Assembly: GCF_020745735.1 (NCBI RefSeq)
Contig: NC_083409.1
Location: forward strand, 14,254,760 to 14,318,759
DNA from: Hemiscyllium ocellatum
Taxonomy: Eukaryota
DNA length: 64,000 bases
Direction: 5' to 3'
Part shown: one piece after another, positions 44,635 through 57,700 of the stretch
How positions within the stretch are numbered: the stretch's first letter is position 1
Layout of the letters: the number at the start of each line of letters is the position of its first letter
Translations under genes and position numbers: made by a program
The notes under the pieces: model-generated
What the model was told of the DNA's origin: nothing
Seen by the model: only the letters and a program-made list of their open reading frames with translations
Databases searched by the model: none

Positions 44635-45362
44635 TTTGCATCACCAGGTTTATTGATGGAAAGTTGTGTAAGTCCTGTTTGTATTTCCTTATTTCCTCTA
44701 CATTTTGTTCCATACTGCTTCACATGTTGGTAGGCGTTCATTCATCACCTACCTCAGGTACTTCATGGTGGAGGGTAACAAATGGTAAATTTTGTACTAG
44801 GGCACAACATTGGTACCAGTCATTGGGTAGATATGGGTAGCCTTTGTTTTCACATCGCCAATGAAGGCTAAAAGGAGTTCCAAAGGCGCACTTCTGTGAG
44901 TGAATGACGAGTCCACTCAGGGCGAGAGCTGACTCTTGTAAACAGCGGGTGCTATCAAACGTTTGGATGTCCAAGTGTATTAATGAATGAAGAGCAGGAG
45001 TATCACCAGTGTCTTTGATAACATTCTTACACAGTGCTGGCTTCACATTCCCCATGTCGTGAGTGGCAGAAGTTCTTTCAACGCACCATTCTAGTGCACT
45101 TCACACAGCGACGTGCTTCTTCTACCGAATGGGTTTTGCCAGCATAAGTGAGGGGTTGCATAAGTGTGAGAGTCCTATTTGTACACTGGACATCAGAATG
45201 ATGGAAGAGTGAGCAAATAACACACGGATCAAGGGTTTAGCTTGAATCAAGAAACCATTGGTAACAGATGGGAGATTGGGAGTACATAGTATTTTTGATC
45301 TTTCTTCAGCTTTCCAGCATGTCTTCTGAATTACAGTAGCTATTGAATACAGGAACTGTATA

Positions 45363-46109
45363 CAGAGGAACCTCGATTATCCAAGTGAGATGGGCCGGCA
45401 CTATTTCATTCAGATAATTGATTGATTATTTGGTTAATTGATTTCCTCTGGGTCTGTGAAGTCTGATCCCCGATCAGGAGACTCAGCAAAAGCACATTGC
45501 TTGCGAGAACCTGTCTGCCCCCAATCCCGCCACCCTCAACCCTGCCCACACCCCCACCCCAAACCCAAACCCATCGTCTGTCCAATCCCAGCCCGCCCCG
45601 CTCACCCGGTCCCACCCCCATCCATCCCCCCCTACCATCCGAACCCCCGACTGCGTGCTCACCCCCCCCCCCCCCCCCCCCACCCCCCACTGTGGGGCAG
45701 CCGGACTGTACACCAATAGTAAGACTGCTGCTGCCTTTGTGGGATAAGTCTCCAAATAGCGCGCGCAACATTTTGACAGGTTCTGCCTCTGCCCTGTACA
45801 GGGCAACGTTGGAGTGATAATCTGGGGATTGGGGGGGTGGGGTTTGGCATTCACCCAATGTGTAGAAGTCCAGGGAGATTGTTGGGGGAGGGAGAAAAAA
45901 GGCAGGAGGTCAGCCATTTGGAGATGGTGCCTGGACTGTTCAGGACTGTCCTCGGCAGCATTTCAGTGAGCTGAGTTTGCTTTTGCTCATTTGTACCTGT
46001 AAACAGAAGACGTGATCAGGATTGAAATTGCTCTTTGATGTAATGTTTCTATCGGGACCTTAAGATCACCTTCGGATAATCCGATATTTGGATTAACGAG
46101 GAACCTATG
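45363..46109. mobile_element. Non-autonomous Tc1/mariner-pogo (Tigger-like) DNA element inserted in the ERV
   Basis: TA|CAGAGGAACCTCGATTATCC ... GGATTAACGAGGAACCTATG|TA, imperfect terminal inverted repeats with TA on both sides. No transposase ORF. Confidence 0.8.
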
Positions 46110-46499
46110 TAAAGGTATTTCTGTCACTGGTGGTAGGTCAGATAGGAGAAGATGCCATTGAGAAGGCATAGGTTGTCTGTCTCATGGTGAAAGGTGCCTG
46201 AGGGTCTGGTGATTTTGGTATTATGTGCTCAATACTGCAATCCGTACGGTTCGTTTTGAGGGGAACAGACAAACATTTCAAAGTAACAGTTTTCGGTTGA
46301 TGGAGTGGCTGAGGTTATGGAATTGTGCCATCTCATGATGGCTGGCTTGGAAGTGTTGCGAGGATAATGACAAGGTCGAGAGTGATATTTGGATACAAAA
46401 TGTGAGCAGTTTAACTGAGTTTCAGCTGGGCAGCTGCATTCATAACTTCCAATGTATTAGTACAGGTTTCATATATACAGTACCTTGGAGTTTTAGCCA

Positions 46500-48600
46500 G
46501 TCTAAGATAACATAGGTCGGTTACATCTGGACATATGTACTTGGGTTGGGTTTTCATCGGATACCTGTATCAGTGCTAACACAGGACTGTGAGGGGGATA
46601 CAAGCTTGCAATGTCCTTTGTTGACCCATGTTGAACATCCTTCTACCTTGACTGCACTTTCAGTTGTCAGAAAAGCTTGATAAGGCCCAGTTTTTGATGA
46701 TTAAAGTCTTTCAATCATACGTAGTCACCAGGGTTGATATTTTTAAACATTGGAGCTCGCTCTTCATCCTTCCCTGGTACTTGATAGGCTACTTTGACCA
46801 GTTGATGATATGACTGCAATGCTTTGGTCAACTTAATCAGGTACATGTGCATTTCTTCTGCCATGATATGCCCATCAACAGGGTGTTGGGGACTTAATGG
46901 TGCGGACCAGGGAGTCCTCAGGAGCTTTCCATATATCAGTTCAGCCGCTGAGAATCCCGTCTTTTTCTATGTCATGGTTTCCTCATATTAAACAGAGCTT
47001 TTGGGAATACTTGAAGCCAATTATGACCAGTTTCTTTCACCAACATGCTGAGCTGACCTTTTTAACTTACAATTGGCTCTTCCTGCAATTCCCGCTGCTT
47101 GGAGATGGTTGGCACAATGGAATTTCTGACTTGTATTCAAACTCTTACATTGTGGGTTGGTTAGCTCCGCACAGAAGTGGGAGCCATTATCAGAAAAGAC
47201 CGTTAATGGTATTCCAAATCTGGGTATGATTTCCCTTAACAGAATTTTACAAGTAGTTGTTGCTGTGCAGTCAGTGCAGGGATAAACTCCAATCCATTTA
47301 TTAAATACATTGATTATCACTCAGCAATACTTATAACAATGGCATCTTGGTGACTGTCTAAAATTTCACTGGATCGTGTCAAAAGGTGCACTTGGCAAGG
47401 GAATTTCACCTGGGGGACACTTCACTCCTTTCCTGAGATTAATGTTTTGACAAATTTGGCAATTTGAAGCTGTTTGTTTTGATTTTTCTTGCAGGTGGGG
47501 ATTCCACCAAGTTTGGAGAATTCTGTCCACCATTCCCTCAACTCCATGTGCATGTGTTTGAACATGATCAACTAGAATAGGCAGAAGTGAATCGGGCAGA
47601 CATGTCTATTCTACCAGCGTAACCCAAAGCTTATTGCAGCTATTTACATAACAACCATGGTTCATCCATTTTTGTTTTCATTAATCAGTGGTGTCCCCCT
47701 GTTGGATCCAAATTTCTTCTAGGTCAGGCAGGGTCGGGGTGTGAGAAGAGGAAATCGGAGAGTCTCCCTTTGGTTTCTGATTCGTCATTTGAGTAACCAG
47801 GTCTTTTTGCTCAAAAGCTGTTTTCTCAGCAGCTGTGTCAGCGGCATTGGTGCTTTTAGTGACATCAGCAGCATCAGAGGAGTGAGCCGAACATTTGACA
47901 ATTGCCGATTGAAAGGGAAGTTGATTAGCACGGAGGAGATTAGCAACATAGGCAGCATTGAGGCTCGGGGTTCCTGATGAGATAAGGAAGCTGTGCTGCT
48001 GCCAAAGTTCCTCATGGGCACATCCAAAGGGAATCAGTATCGATATGAGCTGACTTTCCTTCACAAGTATGCAGGAAGGGGTGAGAGCAAGGAGTTCAGC
48101 TTGCTGGGTGGGGCAGGGTGGATCGACGGAATAATCTTCTGTTGGATGGGACAAAGTGACAATCGTGTATCCTGCCATGTGTTTGCCTTCTGGAGATATC
48201 GAAGAAGAACCATCGAATGGAGCGTGGTTAATGTTACAGCAGTATTTAAAGGGGAGAAGTGGATTCTAAAGTAATGAAATCACATAGCAACTTAGATGAG
48301 CCACAGTTCGGTGTTGAGTATGTTTAGAAGTAAGTAAGGATACCACGGAATGCGAGATACAGACTTCTACATTTTGATGTAAAGTTATATTAGAGGCAGC
48401 CAATGCCATAGGATGAATGGTGGGGAGAATCTGGGTGCAAGAAGGCATACCCTGCGCAACAGGGTCAAGCTTAGTGGAGTGATAGGCAGCAGGGCACCAA
48501 GAGGAGCCATGTTGCTGGGTAAGACCCGCTATAGCACAGGTGTCAAGGATGGAAAAGGGTTTTGTGCAATAAAAGGGCAAACCTGCTGAGGTCCCTGGGG
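46500..48600 (-). pseudogene. pol: ERV pol remnant (RT connection, RNase H, integrase)
   Basis: PAAYHSTKLDPVAQG; AGYTIV...QQAELLALT; INVFNKWIGVYP...LLREIIPRFGIPLTVFSDNGSHF. Frameshifted. Confidence 0.9.
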
Positions 48601-49167
48601 AGGGTGACCAGGAGGTTGCCAGCTGCTTCCACTCCGGCGATCAACCGGGGGCTGCTTTGGGAAAGGGCAGTTCTTGGACCGATGTCCAGGTTGATTACGG
48701 TTGACACAAATGTGTGATTATTGGGGGACACGAGGGGCTGGGGGAGGTAGTGAAGACTAGTGAGAGGATGTATAATGGGTAAGGGGCACCGTGGACTGTT
48801 GGGGAGGATACAGAGGAGGACCCCAAGATCCATTGGGATGTTGTGAATCCACGGTACCAGTAAAATGCCACAGACGGTAAATACTAATTAGGAGTCAGCG
48901 TTGGAATTGCCAGCCTGTACATTGATCTAATCCTGCTCATCGAAATTTTAAATTGTATTCTGGTTGTTTTAAAGTCGAACTGAAATACTTCTCTTGGAAA
49001 AACTAACAAGGTTTCGGTTCTTTCAGCAGGGCATCATTTCTTTTCACCATCTGGTTAAAGAGTACAAGCTGGTTTTAAAAGCAGCAGTTAGATTTGATCA
49101 AAATCAGTGGCCTTAAGTTCCCTTATCAGTGCAACTGTAGCACTCCTAACACACAGGGACAAATGAT

Positions 49168-49749
49168 TCATTGGGGAAGGGCATGGCCCTTAGCACGTTC
49201 ATCCTCAGAGTGGGGAGGGGAGTTCAGGCGATGTTTTGTTTTATGCAGTGTGTTCGCCTTGGCCGTACTGTGGGTGTGTTTTGAGGGGGAACCCGGAGGA
49301 AGTCGGCTGACAGGACGGGAGGCGTAAAATATTTCCTCCTCTGTATCAGTGTCCCATTCCTTATCCGCGGATGGATCAGGATTCTTTAGTAATGGGTCTT
49401 TGGGAGAGGTGGGGTATAAGGAACTGTCTTTGTCGTCAGTCTGGTCCTGCGCGGCTACAGCTGCAGTCTGTTGTTTATTCACCGGTTTCTCATTTCTTTG
49501 GGACCCCTGACATTTCAGCATAGGTTCTGAATCTTTACTTTGTTTTATTTTCTCCATCGCCAATTCCAAATCATGTGCTTCACATTTGCATTTTAGTTCT
49601 GTCCAATCTAGTTCAGATCCTTCCTCAGTTAATGGACTAATTTCCCTTGTAATACAGTTTTGTCTCCATGATGATTGCATGGCTTTTTCCCTATCTACCT
49701 TTTTCCACGCTGATATGGCTTCTTTCTGTTTACTTCCCTTTTTTCCCAA
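49168..49749 (-). pseudogene. gag: ERV gag N-terminal remnant
   Basis: First ORF after the PBS. Starts TTG-GGA-AAA-AAG-GGA-AGT (xGKKGS, myristoylation-like pattern, but ATG is absent) and has an LYP motif. Capsid and nucleocapsid are not seen. Confidence 0.55.
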
Positions 49750-50109
49750 ATCCCTTGTTCACTTTTAATGTGCACCCATATTAATCCTATTTATTTTAAA
49801 TCTTCACAGAACTGCTGATCTACAGGGGCTCCAACCCCACCAAACACAGGGGCCTCTAACCCCACAAGATTCTGTTTTTAGTACGTATTTAAACAATCTC
49901 ATTTTGGGTTCCGTCCGGGTACCATGAGAATGAAATGGGGGAAGCAGCACACAAAGAAGCAGGCCGAGAGCAATTGAGACCGACCCTTGGGTGAAGCTCC
50001 TCTTTTCCGGTTTCATTCAAACGCATCCCTTTTTGGAACCCTGCTCGCAGCGTCAAATTGATAAAGTACAGATTTGAGATTGCCCAGGGAATCCCTTGTG
50101 AACCCTTAG

Positions 50110-50456
50110 TGGGCGGCACGGTGGCAAGTGGGCGGCACGGTGGCACAGTGGTTAGCACTGCTGCCTCGCAGCGCCTGAGACCCGGGTTCAATTCCCGACT
50201 CAGGCGACTGACTGTGTGGAGTTTGCACGTTCTCCCCGTGTCTGCGTGGGTTTCCTCCGGGTGCTCCGGTTTCCTCCCACAGTCCAAAGATGTGCGGGTC
50301 AGGTGAATTGGCCATGCTAAATTGCCCATAGTGTTAGGTAAGGAGTAAATGTAGGGGTATGGGTGGGTTGCGCTTTGGCGGGTCGGTGTGGACTTGTTGG
50401 GCCGAAGGGCCTGTTTCCACACTGTAAGTCTAATCTAATCTAATCTAATCTAATCA
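50110..50456 (+). mobile_element. Young HE1/V-SINE-type SINE inserted in the 5' LTR
   Basis: CpGs intact, (TAATC)n tail, duplicated 5' end. Confidence 0.95.
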
Positions 50457-51245
50457 ACCTGTAAGCCCCTTGGTTCATCCCGGAGATCGTACTTTTGGAA
50501 GTCTGGAATAAAACATTAACCTCTTCCAGTTTAATTTTAGTCATCCCCTTAATTTACTAATAGCATCACTGTTCCAACATAACACTGACACCTATAAGCC
50601 AGGTTGACTGGATTCTAAAAACCCAGGAGAGTAGGATATCGCTCTTCCTTCAAGAGCCCTGGCAGGTTACTCTGTTGTACTACCACAGACAGGCTACCAT
50701 TATACGAATGTTTACATACGCTGTACTGTCAAGAATAGGCTTTCTTTGGACAAAAAGTTAACAAAAGCACTGCTTGTTCTAAATGAGGCAGATAACAGTG
50801 AAGGACAATAATTTGGGAGAGAAGTTAATTGATACCAAGTTATTAATTTCACAAAGGGTCAGCTGTGAATGTTATCACTTGGTGTCCTCTTCATGCAGAT
50901 TCTCTGATGCTCAGGAAAATGTTCTTAATTGCCTTACCCTCCAGCCTCTCTATTTTCTGGTGGACAGTAAATGTGTTCTATAATTCAACATTACATTTTA
51001 GTCTAAAAGTTTCAGGACAAGTTTTAAGGCTATAGACTTTCTCAAACAAAACTTGAGAGAGCTTGCCCAAGTCTGGTAAGGAGGACCGATTGGCAAACTT
51101 GAATAAAGACAAGAATGAAGAAAACATTAATGGACTGGTGTGTTCAGAGAGAAGGCATCCAAGGCAGCACTGGAGACAGACACCAAAATTAACGCTGATG
51201 TGTCTGTGTGTTCTTCCAGTACACAAAGGGAGGACTTTTCACTAA

Positions 51246-51710
51246 GTATCCACAAGAACTCCAACTCCTCTGTTGGGTTTACTGAACAGGGAAAAGCACC
51301 AACTCGAGACTCAATTTAAAGTACCATTCCTCGAGCCTCAATCTGAGGAATTTCATGAGGAGCACATGGACATTAAAGGAGAGGAACCCAAGGACAATCG
51401 TGAGGATAGTGAAGACTTTAACGGAGATGATCTGAAGAGCAGTGATTCAAAGGCCAATTCTTTGGTTGATATGATACTCTCTTCCTTTGTCAAGGATGCA
51501 ATTGAACAATTGCAAGAAATCACAAAGTCTGTAGCTGAAAAGGTTTGGCTCACTAATCAATGATTCCAGTTCAAATTGGATATTGAATCCTGGCCCAGGT
51601 CACCTTCCAAGGATCTAGAGGAGGAACACAAGACTGATATCCCATTGGACACATTTGAAAGTGATGATGATAAGGAGGAAGTATTATCTTCAGATCTTTG
51701 TCCTCGACCT
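51246..51710 (+). pseudogene. CEP350: CEP350-like exon from the C-terminal region, with a premature stop
   Basis: TPLLGLLNREKHQLETQ...LVDMILSSFVKDAIEQLQEI...KVWLTNQ*...DDDKEEVLSSDLCPRP|gtaagt, resembling recalled vertebrate CEP350 LLDLLTREKNQLEAQ, FVKDTVNQLQQI and EKEEISSPDMCPRP. TGA at 51561-51563. Confidence 0.85.
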
Positions 51711-52691
51711 GTAAGTACCATGTTTTAACATACTTATAGGATTATCATTATTTCCCAGACAATATGTCAAAATACAACTCCACTTTTTTCAGCAACCTGT
51801 TGCAGGTCATCATTTTTAGAAATTATCCTGAGTGTTCCCCTTTCCCAAGGACCCTTTACCAAAAGACTATTGTGAGGAATATCTTGATAAATTGTGAAAT
51901 AAATTTGTGGGTGATAAAATCAAGCAGTGGGGGATATTCTTAAAATTTCTGGTGTCTACTTTGCCAATCAATTCTCGAAGTATGTGTGAGTAGCCTGATT
52001 ATTTCTCAAGGGATTTAGTGACCATTTCCACTGTGTAATTATAGAGTTCAGAACTGAAAGATTGCTATTGAAATTCAAACCCTTTTCCTCCTGCACTTTT
52101 CTGACCTTTGGTTCAAGGAAGGCAGTGTTTTTAAAGAGGATCTTTGAAACTAAGTTTTGAATCATGCTTTTCAATCTCTGGCTTTTTTAGTGCACACACT
52201 GTTTTTCTAGCGTAGTGTTCTGAAGCAAAGTCTAGAGATTGAATGACCATCTGATTAGAAGAACAGAAGTGTTTATGGTTTGCACATATTAACATTCATT
52301 TGGACTAGTAGCATTTTTCATGAAAGTGTTTGACAGGTTCTCATACTGTCCATTTCTTTCTGAGCATTCAGTGTAGGAAATCACAGAAAGAGGAGCTTGG
52401 GTCACTTTGATTTGACACAGCAACATCCTGACTAAACTGACACATGCTCTTCTGATTTGTCAATATTTGTGTTTACCTATAAAATGAATTCCATCATGTG
52501 TCTAAGTCATCAGACATACTCTGAGATATAAAAAGAAGGTTCTCGTTTGTTTGTCTGCTGTTTTTATGCTTTGATTTCAAAGTTTATTAAAACCATGTAT
52601 TGTTCATTAATGTTTTGAAATGAATTTCATCACTTTTGTTCCTGACCTTCAGTTTATAGATTGACCAACAGTTTGTGTACTTTGCAACAAG

Positions 52692-53069
52692 GCGGCCTGA
52701 TGTTTGGCTCACGTGGGCAGGAAGAATTGGCCAAACACCTGGCAGAGTTGGAATTGAGTCGTGAGATGCTCGATGACCTGGTAGATGACCAAGATTGATT
52801 TGATGAGGACTTTGGGCTGCGCTTTAGCAAAGTGCAGCAGCCAGTGCAGGAGGCCCAGTCTACGAAGGATATGCCTCTCAAAATCCAAAGGGAACCTCAT
52901 TTTGCTGTACATCATGATGCTTTAGAGGTTGAGATGATGGTTCATGCAGCGGCTGAGGAAGTTGCAGGATCTTGGCCACGATCCAGGAGATCTACAAATA
53001 CTCCCAGACTATCTTGAGAATAATAAATGGAAAGATGTAGAGAGTGTGAGCAAAAGAGTTTCTTGTGAG
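52692..53069 (+). pseudogene. CEP350: CEP350-like C-terminal exon with a stop and a frameshift
   Basis: FGSRGQEELAKHLAELELSREMLDDLVDDQD*FDEDFGL (TGA at 52796-52798 where Trp is expected), AVHHDALEVEMMVHAAAEE, a frameshift near 52965, then LGHD...ESVSKRV and donor GTGAGA at 53070. Confidence 0.9.
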
Positions 53070-54440
53070 GTGAGATCCAGCTTTTGCATTTGAACACAAA
53101 CTTATTTTTTCTCAGATAAACAAGAAAGCTATGGGTTAATAGTGCTCCACAGCAGCTCTGATTGGTGATATGTATAACAGAGCATGTTAAAAACATTCTG
53201 ATGACTGCATTGAATTCAATTTACCATTTGCCCCTTCTCTAAAAGTCCAAACCACTTTCTCCTCCACTGTTTGTACTCTCCCATTATTAATTTAGCATCA
53301 TCATCATCATCCTGTTATTCATTAAATCCTATCTGTCACAACTTTGCCCACTCTGAGAATCTATATTTTCTGTTTCTATTTACATAATATATGGTGTCTC
53401 TTCCAGTCACTCATTTTTTTTTAATTCTTCTGTATCATCTCTATTTTTCCATTGGTTGATAATATACTATGTAGTTATTAATCATCTTCTTAAAACTCTC
53501 CAGAATCTTATCTTCCACAGGTCACTCCATAATTTTCAGATGAAGAAAGCCTTAAAGGTTGCACTTTTCAGTCTGAATTTGTGCTGTGTTGAGGTTCCCA
53601 AAATTGACCAAAATATTCTAAGATCTTATGCAACTTAATGTGGCTTAAATTGTTTGTGTGCAGTTGGAAGAGCCAGGTTTCTTTTAATGGCCATATCTAT
53701 CACTTTAAATGGCCTGTATGTTTGAATACTTTGTGGCATTTTTCTCTGATCTGATTAGGATCTTACAATTTCAGGTGTAATTCCTTTTCTTATCCACTCA
53801 ATGTATTACTTCATCTCACTCTTAACTTCAGGAACTGAAGTTAAGATGAACTCATCTGTTAAACTGAGAATGATTTGACCTTCCTGAAATGCTGGGTCCG
53901 CTGTATGAATCCACGTCAGCCCCAATGTTTATGGTGAGACTTCCCACAGCGCTGATCTAGAGTTGTCTGCCTACAGTTTATTATAAAGGTGGAACATTTT
54001 TGGAATTTGACTGAGCAGAAGCCTCTTAGAAGATGCTGTTGGCAAAGTGCTGAACCATGTAATGCAATGAATCGTTAGGTGAATAATTAATCATTTCTCA
54101 GTCTCCGTCTGAGGCAAAGTAAAATGTCAAACCTTCTCGCAGTCTGGGAGTGTTGCATATTCCCTTTAAGTTGTTTTGAATATGCTTTTGGATCTCACTG
54201 ATTTTGTTCACTTCAATTATCATTACGTTTTCAAGCATTCCGTAGATTTTTGTTCAATAGAACATGCTTTGAGTTTCATCCAATTTTACATCATTCAGAA
54301 TGGGGGAAAGAGTCCAAAGGCTCAAGTGTCAAAGGCTTCACTGAGCAGTTTTGGGCAAGGGTAATGGATTGTGGGTTGTTTTGTCTGTGTATTTAGGGTG
54401 TGTGCAACAACTGCCATTTCTCCTGGGCTTCTATCCACAG

Positions 54441-54563
54441 ATCTTCATTTCTAATGAGGCTATGAAGTTGTTTGGATTCTACCAAGAGCAATATCAGAAG
54501 ACAGACTGTCAGAAGATGAAGACATTTGACAGGAGAAAACGTGATTGTATGGACCATATTTTG
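54441..54563 (+). pseudogene. CEP350: CEP350-like near-terminal exon, frame open
   Basis: cag|IFISNEAMKLFGFYQEQYQKTDCQKMKTFDRRKRDCMDHIL|gtaagt versus recalled KTDWQKMMKFGRKKRDRVDHIL. Conserved W, G and R residues are replaced. Confidence 0.85.
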
Positions 54564-54876
54564 GTAAGTGCTTCAGTTTAGCAACTGTTCAGTTTTATAT
54601 TGTACCACTGCATCATGATTATGAACACTGCGTCCTACATCTGAATTTTCTATTATTTCAAATGATAAAGGCTTTATCTTCAACTTTGTGGTTGAATTGA
54701 AAACTTGTCCTCACTGCAGTAATTCGCTGAAAATCAAGGCCTACTTTTTCTTAGTTGCCACAAAAGTTTTTTAAAAATTCAGAAGTACTTTGAATTCAGT
54801 GCAGTTGGCAAAGTAGTGTCATGTGTACTTCTTTAAATCCCAATGTTTGATTTCACTTTCTCTCGATGTTTCTTTG

Positions 54877-55015
54877 TCGTATGGTGAATTTGTGAAGAAG
54901 ACCGAAGCTGAACTCAGTAAAGATCTTGATGTTGCCAGCTCAACCTCCACCAAACCGCAGATTAAAACTCTGTACTCCACTGCTTCTGAGAAGCTAAACT
55001 GCTGTCTCTGCAGAA
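54877..55015 (+). pseudogene. CEP350: CEP350-like mid-protein exon remnant, out of order
   Basis: SYGEFVKKTEAELSKDLDVASSTSTKPQIKTLYSTASEK versus recalled SYDEFIKKTEAELSQDLETSPTAKPQIKTLSSASEK. No AG acceptor immediately upstream. Confidence 0.85.
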
Positions 55016-56169
55016 GTACTTTCAGTAATGGATGTTAATTGTGTGACCTTATGAAGGGATGCCTCTTGTATTTCTCTTTTATACCCTAGTGGGACCCCTT
55101 TTGTCCATATTAGTTGGTGATTAAATGTTTCTTGAGTGAAGGAGAGCAGTACTTTTGCAGTGATTTTACAGCAGGGAAATGTGCCTTTTGGCCCAACAGA
55201 CTCGTGCAGTTATTTAGTCTCCATGCGAGTCTACTCCCACTTTGTCTCCTCCCATCACTGCGTCCTTCTGTATGTTTCTCCCAGAGGTACTTATCCAATT
55301 TCCCCTTAAACACATTCATGCTATTCAACTGAAGCATTCCAGGTACTAGCAAGTTTCATGTTGTCACCTTTCTCCGGGAAGAATGTTTTGTTTTGAATGT
55401 CTGATTTGATCCATTAATGTTAACTTCCTGTTCGGGTCAGCTACGCAAGTGAAAACATTTCTCCCTCCATGTAGTTCAAGCACCTTCATTTTTAAAGTTC
55501 TCTATCAAATCTAATTTTCAAAATTCTCTGTCCAATCACTAGCTTATACAGTTGATGGTCGGTTCCTGGGTGTGTTGCTGCACAAAGAGACCTCAGGATG
55601 CAGGTGTATAGTTCCTTGAAAGTGGAGTTGCAGGGAGAGAGTGTGGTGAAGAAGGCATTTGGCATGCTTGCCTTCATCGGTCAGAACATTGCCTGTAGTG
55701 ATTGAAGTGTTACGTTGCAGCTGTACAGGACATTGGTGAGGCCTCGTCTAGAATACTGCATACAGTTCTGATCGCCTTTCTATAGGAAGGATGTTAAACT
55801 TGAGAGGTTGCAGAAAAGATTTACAAGGATGTTGCCGGGGCTGAGTTACAGGGAGAGGCTGAATAGGCTGAAGCATTTTTCCCATCGAGCATTGGAGACT
55901 GAAGCGTGTTTGTAGAGGTTTATACAATGAAGAAAGGGCATGGATAGTGTAAATAGTCAAGATCTTTTTTTTCTCTCATCGTCTGCATAGGGAGTGATTT
56001 GTGATCCTCAAATCCCACCGTCGGTGCCATTGTTTCAGGGTCTTTTTGGACAGCCTCCGCCAGTGCTTCAAGTACAAAGATAAACAGTAGCAGTAACAGA
56101 GGACATCCCTGTCAGCTGCTCATCCCCACATGAAAATTGCTCGATTTAACCCCATTCTTTATATAACAC

Positions 56170-57700
56170 TGCCAATCACCTGGTGAAGGCCCTTCCTAGA
56201 CAAAAACAATCTAGAACAGCAAAGAGATTCGACCATTCTACCTGATCAAAAGCCTTTTCTGCCGCCAGGGAGACCACCAAACCCGGAATCATTCTTTGCT
56301 GACATAGTTGTACTGTGTTCAATACCTGCCTGATGTTGTTGGAGGAGCTGCAGCCCTTGATAAAACCGTCTGCTCCTCTTTTATAATAACAGGCAGCACC
56401 TTCTCCAGGCTCAGAGCTAACACCTTTTGATAGAATTTTAAAATCCATGTTCAACAACGAGATGGGTCGATACAATGTACAATCCTGAGGGTCTTTTCCT
56501 TTCTTTAAAATAAGTGATATTAGCTTCTGTAAGAGAGGGCAGAAGACAGTCCTGGCCATAGGAATGACTAAACAGCTCCAGCAGCGGTTCAGCTGACATG
56601 TGTATGATCTCCTTATAAAATCCACATGGGAATCCATCTGGACCAGATGCCTTACCACTTGGAGCTGCCTTACCACCTCTTGTACATTTAAAAGGGAGGT
56701 CTGATCTGCGTTTATACCAGGGAGGTCCACGTTTTCAAAAAAGGATTCCATTCTCACTTCTCCATCCCCACAGCCCTCTGACCGGTATAACTCTGCATTG
56801 AACTCCCGGAATCTGGCATTGAACTTCCTCAGTTCACAAGTGACCTTGCCAGTTCTCTCCCTGATAAACACAATGGACTGTGGAGTATTTTCCTTCATAG
56901 CCAGGTAAGCCAGGGATCTACCTGGCTTATCCCCATATTTAATCAGCCTTTGCATTGCAAAGGAAACCCCTCTCTTTGCCACTTGTGTGAGCATTGAGTC
57001 CAGAGCAGCCCGGAGAGCCGTGACCCATTGCAGTTTGATCCCGGATGGTCTGGGATAATATGCTGATTTGGCTGCCTTCAGCCAGGCCTCCAGTATCAGC
57101 TGCTGCTGTCCTCTCTGCCTCCTTCTCATTGTCAAGTGTAAAATTGGTGGTCTCCCAGAGAACTGATGGGTTACTGGCTGTAGCCTGATTGAAGACCCAA
57201 AAAACCCTGAACTCCCTTGTGATATACTGTACAAAGTTGTCATCCTTCAACAGAAATGGATTTGTGTCATGTGTCTCCTACACTACCTTTGATCTTAACA
57301 TCTAAATAGACTGCTGCATGGTCTGAAATAGTTATGTTCCCAATCCTGCAGGCTAACACCAAGTCCAAACAAACCGACGGAACAAAGAACATTTCAATTC
57401 TTGTGTGGCACTTGTGCGGGTTGGAGTAAAAGGTAAAGTCCCTCCCATTTGGGTGGGGGCACCTCCACACATCCACTCGCCGCAACTCCTCACACAAGTC
57501 CACTAACTGTCTAGTCTGCAGAGGTGTACCTGACAGCCGCCTTGGCATCCTGTCCACCCCAGGATCCACGAGACAATTAAAGTCTCCTTCTATAAATATA
57601 TGGCATACCCCAGGAGCCATTAATTTAAAGACTGCATCAACTAAAACTTTGAGAGGATGCACCAGGGGGCAGTAAATCGCTAGCCATGACCGCACACTAC
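56170..57700 (-). mobile_element. L1-clade LINE ORF2 remnant (endonuclease to RT N-terminal half)
   Basis: GDFN...DVWR.PHP..RDFTFYS..H...TRI....SDH (APE); ISLILKKGKDP....YRPISLLNMDFKILSK, GFIKG and SLAAEKAFDQVEW (RT). Confidence 0.92.

Larger units (their letters stand above)
42289..51044 (-). mobile_element. Decayed class I (gamma/epsilon-like) endogenous retrovirus with a large internal deletion
   Basis: 5' LTR about 50059-51044, PBS 50038-50055, gag N-terminus, pol (RT connection, RNase H, integrase), env TM, PPT 43948-43959, and 3' LTR pieces at 42289-42690 and 43643-43947. The LTRs begin TG and end CA. Confidence 0.88.

Noticed and set aside
45406-45917. Gly-rich and Pro-rich ORFs on both strands
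   Set aside because: Low-complexity interior of a non-autonomous DNA transposon.
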